Shown here one piece after another: positions 44,600-53,647 of a DNA stretch of 64,000 bases. Source of the DNA: an uncultured Acidobacteriota bacterium (lineage in GTDB: Bacteria > Acidobacteriota > Vicinamibacteria > Fen-336). The translations under genes and the position numbers were made by a program. The notes beneath the pieces were generated by a model, which saw only the letters and a list, made by a program, of their open reading frames with translations, searched no databases and had not been told where the DNA came from. How positions within the stretch are numbered: position 1 is the stretch's first letter; each line of letters opens with the position of its first letter. The stretch covers positions 1,056,001-1,120,000 of the forward strand of contig OY970399.1 in NCBI GenBank assembly GCA_963720545.1, read 5' to 3'.

Positions 44600-47536
44600 T
44601 CACGCTGATTCGTTGCCACCGGTCGTGTGGGGACAGATTTCCCGAAACGGGCAGCCGCTGCAAGCGCGCCATGAGGGTGTGGCCGGAAAATCGCGGTGGC
44701 GGATGCGAGCCGCGACGGTGCGAATGCGCGCTTCCGTCTCGTGCGCCTGCTCGAGCGTCGGCTTGCGGCCGGCGGCCAGCCCCTGCTCGACGAAGCGCAG
44801 CTCCACCCAGTCGGGCAGCCGCCCTTCGGTGCGCAGGTGCGCGAGGGCGTAGACGTCGAGTTGCAGGCTGTCCTTGACGCGTTCCTGCGCCTTTTTCAGG
44901 TCGTCGACGTCGCCGGTCTTGAAGTCGAGCACCGAGGTCTGGTCGCCGCGCGAAACCAGCAGGTCGTAGCGGCCGTTGACGCGGGTGCCGTCCACGTAGA
45001 ACGTGAATTCCTTCTCGACCGCGGTCGGCCGCAGCGGCGCCAGCGCATCGTTCGCATGGAACTGGCGCAGCGCCGCCTCCCCCGCGCGCAGGCGCTCTTC
45101 CTCGTGCTCGCGCGAGAGGAAGCCTTCCGCCACCCACGCGCCGCAAAACGCGGTTACCAGCCCGTCGGCGCCGAGCTCACGGCCGGCGAGCCGCTCGCGG
45201 AAGAAGTGCTCGAGCGCGCGGTGCACGGCGTTGCCGTAGGCGATGCGGTGATGCGCGAGCAGCGGCACCCGCAGGATGTGGATGTAGCGGTACTTCAGCG
45301 GACAGGTCTCGTAGTCGTCGAGCTGCCGGTTCGAGAGGCGCACCATTTCGTCGTCGTCCACCGGCGGCGGCTGCGGCACGAGCTCCTCGCCCACCGGCTG
45401 GTTGCGGCGCAGCGCCTCGATGGCGCTGCTGCGCCGCGGCGCGGCCTTCACCGTCGGCAGGTCGAGCGCCTCGACCACGAAGCGCGAGATCTTGCGCTGG
45501 CGCGCGCCGCCATGGTCGGCGGACGACGTGAGGATCAGCTCGTCCTTGGCGCGCGTCATGGCGACGTGGAACAAGCGCCGCTCTTCCTGCATGTGGGCGT
45601 CGCCGGTGTCGAAGGCGTCCTTCAGCAGCGCATCGGGCAGCGCCAGGTTCTCGGAGCGGTTGCGCAGCGGGAACTTCTGGTCCACGGCATTCACCAGGAA
45701 CACCACCGGGAACTCGAGGCCCTTGGCGGCGTGCACCGTCATTACGTGCACGGCGTCTTCGTCCTGGTCGGCTTCGGCCACCGCCGGATCGCTGCCGGCA
45801 TCGCGCAGCAGCGTGAGGTGCGAGACGAAGTCGGGCACCCGGTCGTGCTCGGCGACGTCGCCGTACGCCTTGACCACGTCGAAGAAGCGCGACAGGTTCT
45901 TGATCTTCGCCTCGGCCGTGGGCGATGCTTCGCGCGACAGCTCGCCGAGATAGCCCGACGCGAGCAGGAAGCCGTAGAGCACCTCGCCGGTGCGCTTGCG
46001 CGGCAGTTCGGCTGCGGCGCGTTCGTGCAGCTCGATGAGGCGCTTGACGGCGGTGCGGGTCTTGCCGCCGACCGAGGCGAGCGTGGCATCGCCTTCGAGG
46101 TTGCGGAACACGTCGAGGAGCGGCTGGCGCTTGCGCTGCGCGTGACTGTTGAGGCGCAGCAGGTCGGCCTCGTCGGCGCCGAACAGATCGGAGGCGGCGA
46201 GGTAGAAGACCGACACCGAGTCTTCGGGCTGCGCGAGGGAGCGCAGAAACGCGACCGCGAGGCGTACCTCTTCGCGCGCGTAAAGGCCGCGGCTGCCGCT
46301 GAAGCGGTGCGGAATCTCCCGGACGTTCAGGGCGCGCAGGAACGGGTCGGCGTCGGCGTTGCTGCGCACCAGGATGGCGAAGTCGCGCGGGCGGAAGCCC
46401 GACTGGATCCGGTCGGCGATGCCGGCGGCCACACCGTCGGCTTCGGCGGACAGCGAATCGAAGTGCTGGTGGCGCACCGGCGCGCCGTGTCCGCGCTCGG
46501 CGCGCAGCGCCTTGTCAATGCCGGCAACGACCTCGAGCCGCTGCGGGTTGTTGTAGCGGACCAGCCGCCGCGAGGCGTCGAGGATTTCCTGGGTGGAGCG
46601 GTAGTTGTCGCGCAGCACCACCTCGCGGCATCCGGGGTAGAGCCGCCGGAACGCCAGCAGGTTGGCCGATGCGGCGCCGCGCCACCGGTAGATGGCCTGG
46701 TCGTCGTCGCCCACCACCGTCACGTTGGGATCGCCCTCGCCCGCCACCAGGCGCAGCAGTTCGAGCTGGGCATGGTTGGTGTCCTGGAACTCGTCCACCA
46801 GCAGGTGGCGGTAGCGCTGCCGCAGCTTCGCGAGCGCCTGCGGGCGCGAGCGCAGCGCCTGCAGCGCGCCGAAGATCTGGTCGCCGAAGTCGGCAAGCCC
46901 GGCCCGCGCCATGAGCTGCTGGTAGGTCTCGTAAAAGGCGGCGATCTCGAGCTGCCGCTCGGCCTCGTCGATGCCTTCGGGAGTGGTCGCGGTGGCCGCC
47001 AGGCCTTCGGCCCACGCGCGATATTCGCGCGGCCAGACGTCTTCATCCTTGGCGCGGCTCACCACGTCGAGCAGGTTCGAGAGGTGGCGCGTGGGATCGC
47101 CGAGCGGCCGATAGCGATAAAGCGGCAGCTCGAACAGCCGCTCGCTGAGGAAGATGATCTGTTCGGGTCGCGTGAGCACCCGAAAGTCGGGATCGAGCCC
47201 GGCCTCGAGCGCCGTGTCGCGCAGCACCCGGTCGCCGAACGCATGGAAGGTGGCGATGAACGTCTCGGCGTACCCGTAGGGAATGAGCTGGTCCACACGC
47301 TCGGCCATCTCCACCGCAGCCTTCTCGGTGAAGGTGAGCGCCAGGATCTCCTCGGGCCGCGCCGCCTTGCTGGTGATGAGATGAGCGATGCGCCGCGTGA
47401 GCACGGTCGTCTTCCCTGTGCCCGCTCCGGCAATGATGAGAAGCGGCCCGCTGCCGTGCAGCACCGCCTCGCGCTGCGCTTCCCGCAGCCCCGAGACGAT
47501 TGGCTCCGACGCGGCCGTCACTGGCTCGGTTGCCAT
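44600..47536 (-). CDS. UvrD/PcrA-type helicase fused to a C-terminal PD-(D/E)XK nuclease with four Cys
   Basis: AGAGTGKT, VDEFQD, VGDDDQAIY, NYRS, MTVHAAKGLEF, EERRLFHVAMTRA; CPLKY...GRYD...DFKTG...QLDVYAL...CSGCPFREIC. Confidence 0.93.
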   Translation of the reverse strand: MATEPVTAASEPIVSGLREAQREAVLHGSGPLLIIAGAGTGKTTVLTRRIAHLITSKAARPEEILALTFTEKAAVEMAERVDQLIPYGYAETFIATFHAFGDRVLRDTALEAGLDPDFRVLTRPEQIIFLSERLFELPLYRYRPLGDPTRHLSNLLDVVSRAKDEDVWPREYRAWAEGLAATATTPEGIDEAERQLEIAAFYETYQQLMARAGLADFGDQIFGALQALRSRPQALAKLRQRYRHLLVDEFQDTNHAQLELLRLVAGEGDPNVTVVGDDDQAIYRWRGAASANLLAFRRLYPGCREVVLRDNYRSTQEILDASRRLVRYNNPQRLEVVAGIDKALRAERGHGAPVRHQHFDSLSAEADGVAAGIADRIQSGFRPRDFAILVRSNADADPFLRALNVREIPHRFSGSRGLYAREEVRLAVAFLRSLAQPEDSVSVFYLAASDLFGADEADLLRLNSHAQRKRQPLLDVFRNLEGDATLASVGGKTRTAVKRLIELHERAAAELPRKRTGEVLYGFLLASGYLGELSREASPTAEAKIKNLSRFFDVVKAYGDVAEHDRVPDFVSHLTLLRDAGSDPAVAEADQDEDAVHVMTVHAAKGLEFPVVFLVNAVDQKFPLRNRSENLALPDALLKDAFDTGDAHMQEERRLFHVAMTRAKDELILTSSADHGGARQRKISRFVVEALDLPTVKAAPRRSSAIEALRRNQPVGEELVPQPPPVDDDEMVRLSNRQLDDYETCPLKYRYIHILRVPLLAHHRIAYGNAVHRALEHFFRERLAGRELGADGLVTAFCGAWVAEGFLSREHEEERLRAGEAALRQFHANDALAPLRPTAVEKEFTFYVDGTRVNGRYDLLVSRGDQTSVLDFKTGDVDDLKKAQERVKDSLQLDVYALAHLRTEGRLPDWVELRFVEQGLAAGRKPTLEQAHETEARIRTVAARIRHRDFPATPSWRACSGCPFREICPHTTGGNESA

Positions 47537-47586
47537 GCCGCGAGCGTACAACCCAGAGGTGCACGGTCAGGTCCGCGAGCCGCAAG

Positions 47587-47690
47587 TGCGTCCGGACGCA
47601 GCACGGGTGCGTCTTCCCGAGGAGCGCAACGCTCGCGCAGCGACCGAGGGATCCCAGTTGCAGCAGGTCAGTGTGTCCGGACACAGTGAC
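47587..47690. repeat. Intergenic element: two related 14-bp palindromes flanking a REP-like hairpin
   Basis: tgcgtccggacgca (47587-47600) and tgtgtccggacaca (47672-47685); between them gtcttcccgaggagcg...cgaccgagggatccc. Confidence 0.6.
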
Positions 47691-47709
47691 TACCGATCGA
47701 ACGTTTGGC

Positions 47710-48360
47710 TTAGGCCATCACTTGTCCGCCACAATGCCTGGTGATCGTGACGGCGGTGTCGGCGGCGACCTGCTCCACCTGGGACGCCGGAAGCGAGGAC
47801 GGCGCGTAGACCACGATCCAGGCGTTGACCGTGGCTTCGCTCGTGGCGGTGCGGCCGGAGTCGGAGGTTGGGTTGCCGAACGGGCCCTGCTGGTCGACGA
47901 GGACCGGGCGCCCGGCGACGTTCACCGACGCCTTGCGGATGCCTTCGTACGACTCGTCCGCATGGCCGAGACGCAGCGTCACCGGCGGCTGCACCTTGTC
48001 GAGGTCGTAGAGGCCGAACGGCAGCTGGTGCTTCACCGACGACAGGTTGAGCGCGTCCACGATCGAATTGATACGTGGGAACGGATCGCCCTTGAGGATG
48101 CGGCGCGCGAGCGCCTCGCTCGACGGCCGCGTCTTCGTCGGGTCGATGCCGAGCGCCTTGTAGAGTTCGCGGGCAGCGCTCGCACCCGGGATGTCGGCAC
48201 TCGCGACGCCCGCATGGCGCGCGGCAAAACTGGCGCAGAAGGCAGCGATCTCGTCGCCGAGGCCGGCATGCGCAGTGGTGACGCGCACGCCGGCAAGCGC
48301 GACGGTCGCAAGCCGCACGCGCGGGGCAATCGCAGCGTCGACGACGACGGCAACGCTCAT
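47710..48360 (-). CDS. Stand-alone B3/4 (PheRS beta editing-like) domain protein
   Basis: LYKALGIDPTKTRPSSEALARR, INSIVD..N..S, GLYDLD, GPFGNPTSDS. Confidence 0.88.
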   Translation of the reverse strand: MSVAVVVDAAIAPRVRLATVALAGVRVTTAHAGLGDEIAAFCASFAARHAGVASADIPGASAARELYKALGIDPTKTRPSSEALARRILKGDPFPRINSIVDALNLSSVKHQLPFGLYDLDKVQPPVTLRLGHADESYEGIRKASVNVAGRPVLVDQQGPFGNPTSDSGRTATSEATVNAWIVVYAPSSLPASQVEQVAADTAVTITRHCGGQVMA

Positions 48361-49784
48361 TTGGCGACGATCGCCTTCACGATCTCGTCGATCGCGGCGC
48401 GCGCCTCGCGGTCGTCGGCGGTGAAGTTGTTGCAGAAGATGGCGAACACGCGCTCTTCACCCTTGACCGTGCGCGCGTAGCCGGCGAGGGCCGCGACGCC
48501 GCGCAGCGATCCGGTCTTCGCAAACACGCGCCCTTCGGCCGGCGTGCCGCGCAGCCGTCCCTTGAGCGTGCCGTCCACTCCGGCCACCGGCAGGCTGGCG
48601 CGGAACACCGCGGCGTGCTGGTGCTTGCCCATGAAGCGCAGCAGCGCGACGAGGTCGGCGGCGGTGACGAGATCGGTGCGCGACAGGCCCGACCCGTCGT
48701 GCAGTCCGGCTTGCCCGGCGTCGACACCGGCACGCGAGAGCAGCGACGCGACCACGCGATGACCCGCTTCCAGGCTGTCGGTGCCGGGCGCGGTGCCGAG
48801 CGAACGCAGCAGCACTTCCGTGTAGAGATTCTGGCTCGGCTTGTTGATGAGCGCCAGCAGCTCGCCAAGCGGCGGGCCGTCCTGGCTCGCCAGCACGCGC
48901 ATGCCCGCAGGCAGCGGTTCGCTCGAGGTCGCGGCACCGAGCGACACACTCACGCCGCGCTCTTCGAGCGCTTCCACGAGCTGCTGCGCCGCGTAGTGCG
49001 CCGGATCCTCGAGGGCGATGCGCAGCGTCTCGACGTCGGCGCCGAGGGGCATGGTGCCGGAGAGGCGGATCTCGTTGCTGCCCGAAGCGCGCGACAACGC
49101 GAGGTCGGGCTCGGTGCCGGCCGCTGTCGTGCGGGCGACCGAGACGACCGAGTAGTAGCGCGACCTGGGCACAGCGTCGACGCGCACGGGATCGCCCGCG
49201 GACTCGCCCGGGAGCACGCCGAGCGCGACGCAGTTGTCGGCGAACGAGAGTGCCGCGATCTCGGCGCCGTAGCACCAGGTCAGGTCTTCCCAGCCCCAGT
49301 CATCGCCGCGCCGCTCGCCCTGAAAGGCGCCGCCCCAGCCGATGACCCGGCCCTCGATGCGGCGGACGGAAGCGGCCCTAAGCGCCTCCGCCAGCCGCTC
49401 GAACGAAGCGAGGGTGGCGTCGCCGCCGCCGACCAGGTACAAGTCGCCGAGCAGGCGCCCGAACGCATCGACGCGGCCGCTCGCCTGCAGCGTGGTACGA
49501 AAGCGGTGGTCGGGGCCGAAGGTGTCGAGCGCCGCGGCGGTCGCGAGCAGCTTGAAGGTGGATGCGGGCTTGAAGTTCTTCTGCGCGTCGCGCGCGTACA
49601 GCACGCGGCCGGAAGCGGCATTGACGATCTCGATGCCCCACGACGCGCGCGCCAGGGAGCCGCGCGCCGCGGCTTGCTGCACCGCCTTGACGAGCGGCGG
49701 GTCGGCGGCGACGACGAATGCAGGTGCGCCTGCGCCAAGCGCAGCGGTTGCCAGGGCCGCGACGGCGAGGGCGCTGCGACTCAG
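48357..49784 (-). CDS. dacB: D-Ala-D-Ala carboxypeptidase/endopeptidase (PBP4, peptidase S13)
   Basis: PASTFK (SxxK), PSQN (SxN), DGSGLSR, AKTG. A signal-peptide-like stretch upstream of GTG 49682 suggests a CTG start at 49784. Confidence 0.9.
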   Translation of the reverse strand: MSRSALAVAALATAALGAGAPAFVVAADPPLVKAVQQAAARGSLARASWGIEIVNAASGRVLYARDAQKNFKPASTFKLLATAAALDTFGPDHRFRTTLQASGRVDAFGRLLGDLYLVGGGDATLASFERLAEALRAASVRRIEGRVIGWGGAFQGERRGDDWGWEDLTWCYGAEIAALSFADNCVALGVLPGESAGDPVRVDAVPRSRYYSVVSVARTTAAGTEPDLALSRASGSNEIRLSGTMPLGADVETLRIALEDPAHYAAQQLVEALEERGVSVSLGAATSSEPLPAGMRVLASQDGPPLGELLALINKPSQNLYTEVLLRSLGTAPGTDSLEAGHRVVASLLSRAGVDAGQAGLHDGSGLSRTDLVTAADLVALLRFMGKHQHAAVFRASLPVAGVDGTLKGRLRGTPAEGRVFAKTGSLRGVAALAGYARTVKGEERVFAIFCNNFTADDREARAAIDEIVKAIVAK

Positions 49785-50953
49785 GCGAGCTTGCTGCGGT
49801 CCGAGGCGCCCTGCTGCAGCGAGGCCACGCTGACCGGTTCGGGTGTCGGCTCGGACGTGGTCGCCCCGGGCATGGACATCGGCTTGTCCGGCGTCCAGCG
49901 GTCGCGCCCTTCGACGCCGCGGTGATAGTCGCGCGCGCTGCGCTCGCGGCGCAGCCTTCCGGTGTCTTCGCCGGCGGGCGCGTCGGCCATGCGGCAGAAG
50001 ATCATCTTGCCGGCGGTCGTCTGCAGCACGCTCGTCACCACCACCTCGACCGTGCGGCCCAGCACGCGCTTGCCCTGGTCCACGACCACCATGGTGCCGT
50101 CGTCGAGATAGGCGACGCCCTGGCCCACTTCCTTGCCTTCCTTGAGGACGAACACCTTCATGGTCTCGCCCGGCAGCACGATCGGCTTCAGCGAGTTGGT
50201 GAGCTCGTTGATGTTCAGCACCGGCACGCCGCGCAGCTGCGCCACCTTGTTGAGGTTGAAGTCGTTGGTGACGATCTTGCCGCTCATGCGCCGCGCCAGC
50301 TCGATGAGCTTCAGGTCAACTTCACGGATATCCGGGAAGTCGGTCTCGACGATCTCGATGTTGATGCCCGTGGTCTTCTGCATCTTCTGCAGGATGTCGA
50401 GGCCGCGGCGGCCGCGGTTGCGCTTCAGCGAGTCGGAGGAGTCGGCCACCTGCTGCAGCTCGCGCAACACGAACTGCGGCACCACCAGCGAGCCGTCGAG
50501 GAAGCCGGTTTCGCAAATGTCGGCGATGCGGCCGTCGATGATCACCGACGTGTCGAGCACCTTGTAGAGGTGCAGCCGTGGCGAATCGGTGAAGGAGGAG
50601 ACGATGCGCGCGGGCATCAGCCACTCGCTGCGGCGCGTGCCCATGCTGATGCCGAGAAAGGCGAGGCCCGCCGCGATCGTCATCTGCACGAGGTGCGCGG
50701 GGCCGATCTGGAGGCCGCCGAGGCTCGACCACAGCAACCGAGCGGCCACCAGGCCGGCCATGCCGCCGATGACGCCGCCCACGAGTGTATGGCCCGGCAG
50801 GTCGCGGAGCCTGTTTTCGATGACCAGCAGCACCAGGCCCACCGCCACAGCCGCCGCGGCGCCCACGAACGGCGACAGGTTCGGCGGCGACTGGCTATAC
50901 CCAATGAAGCCGAGAAGGGCCAGGAGCGCGGCCCGGGCAATGTTCAGGAACAT
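49781..50953 (-). CDS. Membrane PIN/TRAM domain protein (YacL-like)
   Basis: 4 TM segments, [53 protein letters not shown]. Confidence 0.93.
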   Translation of the reverse strand: MFLNIARAALLALLGFIGYSQSPPNLSPFVGAAAAVAVGLVLLVIENRLRDLPGHTLVGGVIGGMAGLVAARLLWSSLGGLQIGPAHLVQMTIAAGLAFLGISMGTRRSEWLMPARIVSSFTDSPRLHLYKVLDTSVIIDGRIADICETGFLDGSLVVPQFVLRELQQVADSSDSLKRNRGRRGLDILQKMQKTTGINIEIVETDFPDIREVDLKLIELARRMSGKIVTNDFNLNKVAQLRGVPVLNINELTNSLKPIVLPGETMKVFVLKEGKEVGQGVAYLDDGTMVVVDQGKRVLGRTVEVVVTSVLQTTAGKMIFCRMADAPAGEDTGRLRRERSARDYHRGVEGRDRWTPDKPMSMPGATTSEPTPEPVSVASLQQGASDRSKLA

Positions 50954-51027
50954 GAAACCCTCGCGATGCGCGTACGGACTAAGCGCAGAAGCCTAAAAAA
51001 AGGCTCCATGAATAATGACCAGTCCCG

Positions 51028-51056
51028 ATGATACGCCTTCGGCGCCGGATGCGTAA
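51028..51056 (-). promoter_or_regulatory. Candidate sigma70 promoter for the PIN/TRAM gene
   Basis: TTACGC, 17 nt, TATCAT in an AT-rich spacer. Confidence 0.4.
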
Positions 51057-51083
51057 GCCAGTCGTTCCGGCCGCTGCGCGGGG

Positions 51084-52460
51084 CTATGCGAAGAGCTGCT
51101 CGAGGGCCTCGGATACCGTCCGCACGCCGCTGAGGCGCAGCGCCGCCGGAGCAGCCGGCGAGGCGTTGCCGCTCGGCAGCACGCAGGCATCGAAACCCAT
51201 GCTGGCCGCCTCGCGGATGCGCATCTCGGCCTGCGACACCCGCCGCACCTCGCCGCCCAGGCCGATCTCGCCGAAGACCACGGTGCCCGCGGGCAGCGCC
51301 CGGTTGCGGAAGGACGACGCGATGGCCGAAGCCACGGCCAGGTCTGCCGCCGGCTCGTTGATCTCGATGCCGCCCACCACGCTGACGAAGACGTCGTCGC
51401 TCATCAGCTCGAGACCGACGCGTTTCTCGAGCACGGCGAGCAGCAGGCTGAGGCGGTAGTTGTCGAAGCCGATGGCCGTGCGCCGCGGGTTGCCGAACGA
51501 CGTGGGCGACACCAGCGCCTGCACTTCCACCAGCATCGGCCGGGTGCCCTCGATGGTGGCGGCCACGGCCGAGCCGGGCGAGCCTTTCTGCCGTTCGGAA
51601 AGGAACAGGGCCGACGGATTCGCGACTGCCTGCAGCCCGGTGCCGGTCATCTCGAAGACGCCGAGCTCGGAGACGCTGCCGAAGCGGTTCTTCACCGCGC
51701 GCACGATGCGGTGGTGCTGCTGGCGGTCGCCCTCGAAGTAGAGAACCGTGTCGACGATGTGCTCGAGCGACTTCGGCCCGGCGAGGGCGCCGTCCTTCGT
51801 GACATGGCCGATGAGGAACACCGTGACGCCGCGGCCCTTGGCGAGATAGAGAAGCTGCGTGGCCACCTCGCGGACCTGGCTGATGCTGCCAGGCGCGGAG
51901 GCGAACTTCGACGAATACACGGTTTGCACCGAGTCGACGATGAGGGTTGCCGGCCGCACTTCTTCGACATGCTCGAGGATTTTCTCCAAGGACGTTTCGC
52001 CCACCAGCAGCAGCCCGCCGCCCTCGATGCCGAGCCGTTCGCCGCGCAGCTTGATCTGGCGCTCGGATTCCTCGCCCGAGACGTAGAGCACCGCACCGCC
52101 AGTGCGACCGAGGAGCTGTGCCACCTGCAGTAGCAAGGTGCTCTTGCCGATGCCGGGCTCGCCGCCGATGAGCACGATGGAACCCGGCACGAGGCCGCCG
52201 CCCAGCACCCGGTCGAACTCGCCGATGCCGGTGGCGATGCGGTCGGCCTCGGCGCCGTCAACCAGTTCGTAGGGCTTGGGCCGCGACTGGCTCTCGCCCG
52301 CGCCGCGCATCGGCCCGCGCGCCTTCCCTGCCGGCGGCTCGACCTCGCGGCGCTCCTCCACGAAGCTGTTCCAGTCGCCGCAGTCCGGGCAGCGGCCGAG
52401 CCACTTCGAGCTCTCGAAGCCGCACGCCTGGCAGGCGAAGAGGGTGCGGACCTTGCTCAC
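51084..52460 (-). CDS. radA: DNA repair protein RadA/Sms
   Basis: CQACG...WLGRCPDC, GEPGIGKSTLLLQ, KNRFG, GEIGLGGEVR. Confidence 0.97.
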   Translation of the reverse strand: MSKVRTLFACQACGFESSKWLGRCPDCGDWNSFVEERREVEPPAGKARGPMRGAGESQSRPKPYELVDGAEADRIATGIGEFDRVLGGGLVPGSIVLIGGEPGIGKSTLLLQVAQLLGRTGGAVLYVSGEESERQIKLRGERLGIEGGGLLLVGETSLEKILEHVEEVRPATLIVDSVQTVYSSKFASAPGSISQVREVATQLLYLAKGRGVTVFLIGHVTKDGALAGPKSLEHIVDTVLYFEGDRQQHHRIVRAVKNRFGSVSELGVFEMTGTGLQAVANPSALFLSERQKGSPGSAVAATIEGTRPMLVEVQALVSPTSFGNPRRTAIGFDNYRLSLLLAVLEKRVGLELMSDDVFVSVVGGIEINEPAADLAVASAIASSFRNRALPAGTVVFGEIGLGGEVRRVSQAEMRIREAASMGFDACVLPSGNASPAAPAALRLSGVRTVSEALEQLFA

Positions 52461-53614
52461 GCCGATGGGCCCGCGCCGCCCGGATAGCTGGAGGCGACGG
52501 CTACCGTTTCACCGTCGCGGACGTACACACGCGGCACGCGTGCACCGATTGCGGTGAGCACCTGCCACACAGTGGTGCCCGACCACTCGGCAACTTCCCA
52601 GGCCGTTGGCGCCTCGCCGAGGAAGGTGACCGGGTCGCCTTCCCGAAGCTCGGGAATGTCGGTGACGTCGAGCATGGTGAAGTCCATGCAGACGGTGCCC
52701 GCGACAGGTGCGCGCATGCCGCGCGCGAGGAAGTAGCCGTCGCGCGACATCGCCTGGGTGCGCGGCACGCCGTCGGCGTAGCCGAGGGGCACCGAGGCGA
52801 GGCGCGTGCGCCTTTGGGTGACGAAGCGCCCGCCGTACGACACGCCCACCCCTTCCGCCACCTCACGCAGATAGAGCACCGACGACGACACGCTCATCAC
52901 CGGCCGCACCGAAACTTCTGGCGCGCGCGGCCGCGGGCGCTGCCCATAAAGAAGGAGACCGGGCCGCGCCAGCGTGTGGCTGGGGCGAAGGTCGGCAAGC
53001 CCGGCGCTGTTCGCTGCATGCACCCATTGTGGCGCGACGCCATGACGCCTCAGGTCCGCAAGCGCGGCATCGAAAACGTCGAGCTGTCGCGCGGTCTCGG
53101 TCGCGTTTTCGTCGGCGGCGCTCAGGTGCGTCATCAGCCCGTCCACTTTCACGCCGGGCCGCCGCGCGAGAAATTCCGCCGCCGCCGTCACGTCCGCGGG
53201 CGCCAGGCCGAGGCGCGTCATGCCGACGTCCACCTTGAGGTGCACCGGAAGCGCGGCTGCGCCTTCGCCCAGCTCGCCCACCTCGGCCACCATGCGCGGC
53301 GTGGACAGCACCGGCGTCAGCCGCGCGGCCGCAAGCTGAGCCAGCTGCGCGCTCTCGAAGCCGCCGAGCACCACCAGTTCGCAACCGATGCCACTCGCAC
53401 GCAGCCGCAATGCTTCCTCGACATACATCACGGCCAGGCGCTCGGCGCCCTTGGCAACGAGCGACTCCGCCACCTGCAGCGCGCCGTGGCCGTAGGCGTC
53501 GGCCTTCACCACGGGCAGCAGCGGGATGCCGGCGTACGCGCCGAGCGCCGCGAAGTTGTCTTCGAGATGGCGCAGGTCGATGGTCGCGCGTGTAGAACGT
53601 GGCGTGTCGGTCAA
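52457..53614 (-). CDS. alr: Alanine racemase
   Basis: VVKADAYGHG, HLKVDVGMTRLG, HAANS, GYADG, GTVCMD. Confidence 0.96.
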   Translation of the reverse strand: MTDTPRSTRATIDLRHLEDNFAALGAYAGIPLLPVVKADAYGHGALQVAESLVAKGAERLAVMYVEEALRLRASGIGCELVVLGGFESAQLAQLAAARLTPVLSTPRMVAEVGELGEGAAALPVHLKVDVGMTRLGLAPADVTAAAEFLARRPGVKVDGLMTHLSAADENATETARQLDVFDAALADLRRHGVAPQWVHAANSAGLADLRPSHTLARPGLLLYGQRPRPRAPEVSVRPVMSVSSSVLYLREVAEGVGVSYGGRFVTQRRTRLASVPLGYADGVPRTQAMSRDGYFLARGMRAPVAGTVCMDFTMLDVTDIPELREGDPVTFLGEAPTAWEVAEWSGTTVWQVLTAIGARVPRVYVRDGETVAVASSYPGGAGPSA

Positions 53615-53647
53615 GGTGCGAAGCTTAGAATAGCCGGCGTGCGAGCG

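Noticed and set aside
52814..53647. N-terminal 278 aa of the 665-aa ORF containing the kinase
   Set aside because: This part is antisense to alr; the kinase most plausibly starts at ATG 53648.
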